From positions 1-38,077 of the forward strand of contig DIZX01000011.1 of NCBI GenBank assembly GCA_002429485.1: 38,077 nt of DNA, in the 5' to 3' direction. The position numbers and the translations under genes were made by a program. Source of the stretch: Patescibacteria group bacterium UBA6017. Its GTDB lineage: Bacteria; Patescibacteriota; Saccharimonadia; UBA4664. The notes below the pieces were generated by a model, which was not told where the DNA came from, did not search any database, and was given only the letters and a program-made list of their open reading frames with translations. Below are positions 35,393 to 38,077 of the stretch, in pieces. Positions within the stretch are counted from its first letter, which is position 1. Every line of letters starts with the position of its first letter.

Positions 35393-36673
35393 TTATGAGG
35401 CGAATGATAACAGTCCGGCATATGTCTGCGCATCGGCAGCTTCTATCCTACCCAGCAGACTTAGAGCCGTTTGATCTGTACCTAGAATTAATTGGCTGAT
35501 ATTGGTCGCGTCCTCGATACTCACCGAGCGCAAACGGCCAAGCTCCACCTCAAAATCCCTAATCTCATCCGATTCGTCATACCGATCTATATACCACTGC
35601 AAAACGTCGCCGGCGGTTTGGGTGGATCTGGTGATTGATCCCACCAACAGATTCTTGGCCGCCTCAAGTTCAACCTCACTCACCTCTCCCGCCCCCGCAG
35701 CACGGAGACTGCGATTAATAATTTCGTACAGCGCTTCAGCGTGCCCCGGCGTAACATAACCGGTAAAGCCGAACGAGCTATTACCCGGTTCGCTATAACC
35801 AATCGCCCCCACAGAATAGGCCAGTCCCCTCCTCCTTGCCTCGCCCAGCACGCGCGAGCCCATCCCACCTACCATCAACATTCTAAGCATCGCCATCGCG
35901 GCCTGCTGTTGCTTATCGATTTCGCGAAAAAACATCCCCGTCCGATAATATATCTGCTCGATATCACGAACCGTCACGATTGGATTCTCTACCTTCCTAC
36001 CCAACTCCTGACTCAATTGCAGTCTTTCGCCCTGCGGCAGTTTGGCAAATATCCTCTCAAAACGTGCTGCCACTTCCTGGCCGCCATCCGGAAAGTCTCC
36101 GGAAACATAAAATCTCGCATTGCGAGCCGTATGAGTGTGATGATAATGACTCTCGAGCTGCTCAAGCTTAATAGCTTCGAGCTGAGCTATTCGCTCATCG
36201 TATCCCTTCGATTGCTTCGGAAATGTCTGCTCCGATAGCTTAATGGCGCAAACCGACATGTGCTGCGTGGTGTTGCGAGTCAGTTCTTCGAGCACATTAC
36301 TTTTTTCTGCAACGAACGAATCCGCTCCAAAGAATGGCTCGGTTACCTGCTCGTCAATCAAATCCAAGATACGATCAAGTTCAAAATTGGCAAACTCATA
36401 AATATAATTATTAGTATCCGCACTAGTTGAAGCGTTAACGTAAGCCCCGTTTTTTTGCGCATCAATCATAAATGAGTTCGGCTCTGCGTGACGCCTAGTA
36501 ACCGTCGCCAGCATGTGCTCCATAATATGCGGAACCTCATACACCTGCGGATCGCTAAATTGAAATCCCGAACGAAATGCGACCTGCACATTAACTACCG
36601 CGCTACCCGGCACATTTACCACCAGCCCCTGCGCCCCGCTCGGCAATTTATGTTCATGAACTGTATGTTTCAT
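35393..36673 (-). CDS. M16 family zinc metallopeptidase
   Basis: HIMEH (HxxEH), YVNAST, GGMGSRV...RRRGLAYSV. Confidence 0.9.
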   Translation of the reverse strand: MKHTVHEHKLPSGAQGLVVNVPGSAVVNVQVAFRSGFQFSDPQVYEVPHIMEHMLATVTRRHAEPNSFMIDAQKNGAYVNASTSADTNNYIYEFANFELDRILDLIDEQVTEPFFGADSFVAEKSNVLEELTRNTTQHMSVCAIKLSEQTFPKQSKGYDERIAQLEAIKLEQLESHYHHTHTARNARFYVSGDFPDGGQEVAARFERIFAKLPQGERLQLSQELGRKVENPIVTVRDIEQIYYRTGMFFREIDKQQQAAMAMLRMLMVGGMGSRVLGEARRRGLAYSVGAIGYSEPGNSSFGFTGYVTPGHAEALYEIINRSLRAAGAGEVSEVELEAAKNLLVGSITRSTQTAGDVLQWYIDRYDESDEIRDFEVELGRLRSVSIEDATNISQLILGTDQTALSLLGRIEAADAQTYAGLLSFAS

Positions 36674-36692
36674 GGGTTATTCCTCCCCATCA

Positions 36693-37514
36693 TTAATTAC
36701 CCGTTACGATCCGCCGCAGCAGCCGCAGCATTAAATATTCCGGCAGCAGCCTCCTGGCATACCCGAAATATCTGGTCTGGCCCAGAGGATAGTGCAATCG
36801 CGAATTTTTCGACGTAGCCGCTCTGAAAATTGTCGCAGCCACAGTATCTGCCGACAGCCCGTGATTTACCGCACCCGCGCCGTAAACTTTATCTATCTGC
36901 TCCCCGACTCCGGACGCAGACGTTATTCGTGAGCTACCATACCTAAGACCCGACCAAAATCCAGTATTGACCCCGCTCGGCTCTACTATCTTCATCCGGA
37001 TTCCGCTCGACTCGAGCTCGATCGCCAGCGACTCAAACATCCCCTCAAGAGCAAATTTTGAAGCCGCATACTGACTATATCCCGGCAGACCAATCCGGCC
37101 CAAGATACTAGAAATCCCCACTATCACCCCCGCACCCTGTCGGCGCATCAAAGGTACGGTCTGCCGAATTAGCTCAGCCGGTGCCAAAGTATTCACGATC
37201 AGCTGCTCATTCATCTGAGCGTAATCGAAGGAATCTATTGGCCCTACCAAGCCATAGCCGGCATTGCATACCAACACATCGAGTCGCCCATACGTACGCC
37301 AGGCATTCCCCACCACTCGTTCCAAATCCCGCGGCTTAAGCATATCCGCGAACTGTAAATCAAACTGCTGTCCCCGCAGCGCCGCCGAGCGCACCCTGCC
37401 CCTCACCGTACCGACCACAATCCAACCATGCGCCGAAAAATGTTTGGCCGTCGCCAACCCAATTCCACCCGACACTCCCGTAATAATGACAACCGGCTTT
37501 GAGGCTCGTTTCAA
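36693..37514 (-). CDS. Short-chain dehydrogenase/reductase
   Basis: TGVSGGIG, CNAGYG, YAASKFALEG; TTG start after AGAGG. Confidence 0.92.
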   Translation of the reverse strand: MKRASKPVVIITGVSGGIGLATAKHFSAHGWIVVGTVRGRVRSAALRGQQFDLQFADMLKPRDLERVVGNAWRTYGRLDVLVCNAGYGLVGPIDSFDYAQMNEQLIVNTLAPAELIRQTVPLMRRQGAGVIVGISSILGRIGLPGYSQYAASKFALEGMFESLAIELESSGIRMKIVEPSGVNTGFWSGLRYGSSRITSASGVGEQIDKVYGAGAVNHGLSADTVAATIFRAATSKNSRLHYPLGQTRYFGYARRLLPEYLMLRLLRRIVTGN

Positions 37515-37518
37515 AACA

Positions 37519-38077
37519 TTAACCTCTAGCCAAGACGGCCGACTTAAATTGCACTCCCCGATCTTTATAGTCACGAAACATACCAAAAGATGCACAAGCG
37601 GGCGACAGCAAGACGACATCCCCGGATTGAGCTACATCCCGAACAACTTCCAAGATAGCCTTCATTGTCTCTCCCCCAGCCCGAACCTTAGTGTATCCAG
37701 CCTCAGCCAATGCAGCCTTAATCTTATCTGCCATAGCTCCAATTAAGATTACTTCGCTAACGTTGCCTCTCGCCACTGCTTTCGCTAAATCATGATAATC
37801 AGATTTTTTGTCTGAGCCGCCCAATATCAGCACTTTAGGCTCTTCAAAGGAAGCCACCGCCGCTATGGCGGTCTCGGGTGTCGTCGAGAAAGAATCATCG
37901 TAATAGCGGACATCGTCGATCTCGGCGACGAATTCCAAACGATGCTCCAGCCCCTTAAAGCCGGCCACAGCGCGTTTCATCGCCGCAATTTCGACCCCAC
38001 CAACCTCCTGGACCGCCGTCACCGCCGCACAAATATTCTCGAGATTATGACGTCCGATGAGACCCGTCTCGCATGTG
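37519..38077 (-). CDS. murD: UDP-MurNAc-L-Ala--D-Glu ligase, 3' part (partial)
   Basis: GLEHRLE, YYDDSFSTTP, LILGGSDK, VLLSPACASFGMFRDYKDRG. Confidence 0.95.
   Translation of the reverse strand, partial: TCETGLIGRHNLENICAAVTAVQEVGGVEIAAMKRAVAGFKGLEHRLEFVAEIDDVRYYDDSFSTTPETAIAAVASFEEPKVLILGGSDKKSDYHDLAKAVARGNVSEVILIGAMADKIKAALAEAGYTKVRAGGETMKAILEVVRDVAQSGDVVLLSPACASFGMFRDYKDRGVQFKSAVLARG

Noticed and set aside
1-38077. Alternative genetic code (TGA = Gly, code 25)
   Set aside because: Conserved genes are full length in code 11 and several end in TGA at the expected position

Overview
Chromosomal segment of a Patescibacteria/CPR bacterium, most likely Saccharibacteria-like. This is inferred from gene content and arrangement, and TGA is used as a stop (code 11). 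The left 25 kb is mostly + strand: ftsE(3' end)-ftsX-CHAP hydrolase-S41 protease, a HAD hydrolase, pyrG, a stand-alone receiver, xseAB, a large soluble GAF/PAS histidine kinase with its receiver, recO, glyQS, yvcK, a GalU-like enzyme, a sigma-r4/HTH protein and a VirD4/TraD-like ATPase. rpmA, a Trm11-like methyltransferase and a frameshifted actinobacterial-type PIN-PhoH gene lie on the - strand within this block. The right 12.5 kb is - strand: murD(3' end), SDR, M16 peptidase, an LPxTG surface protein, then a reduced dcw cluster (mraZ-rsmH-ftsL-ftsI-mraY-ftsW-murG-ftsQ). No rRNA, tRNA, CRISPR array or transposase was seen. The best candidate for something new is a ~410-nt promoter-driven, helix-rich region with no credible ORF, transcribed divergently from the PIN-PhoH gene. 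Other leads are structured spacers and a 22-aa small ORF inside the dcw operon, a 48-bp AT-rich palindrome, and a dif-like site. All structure calls were made by eye.
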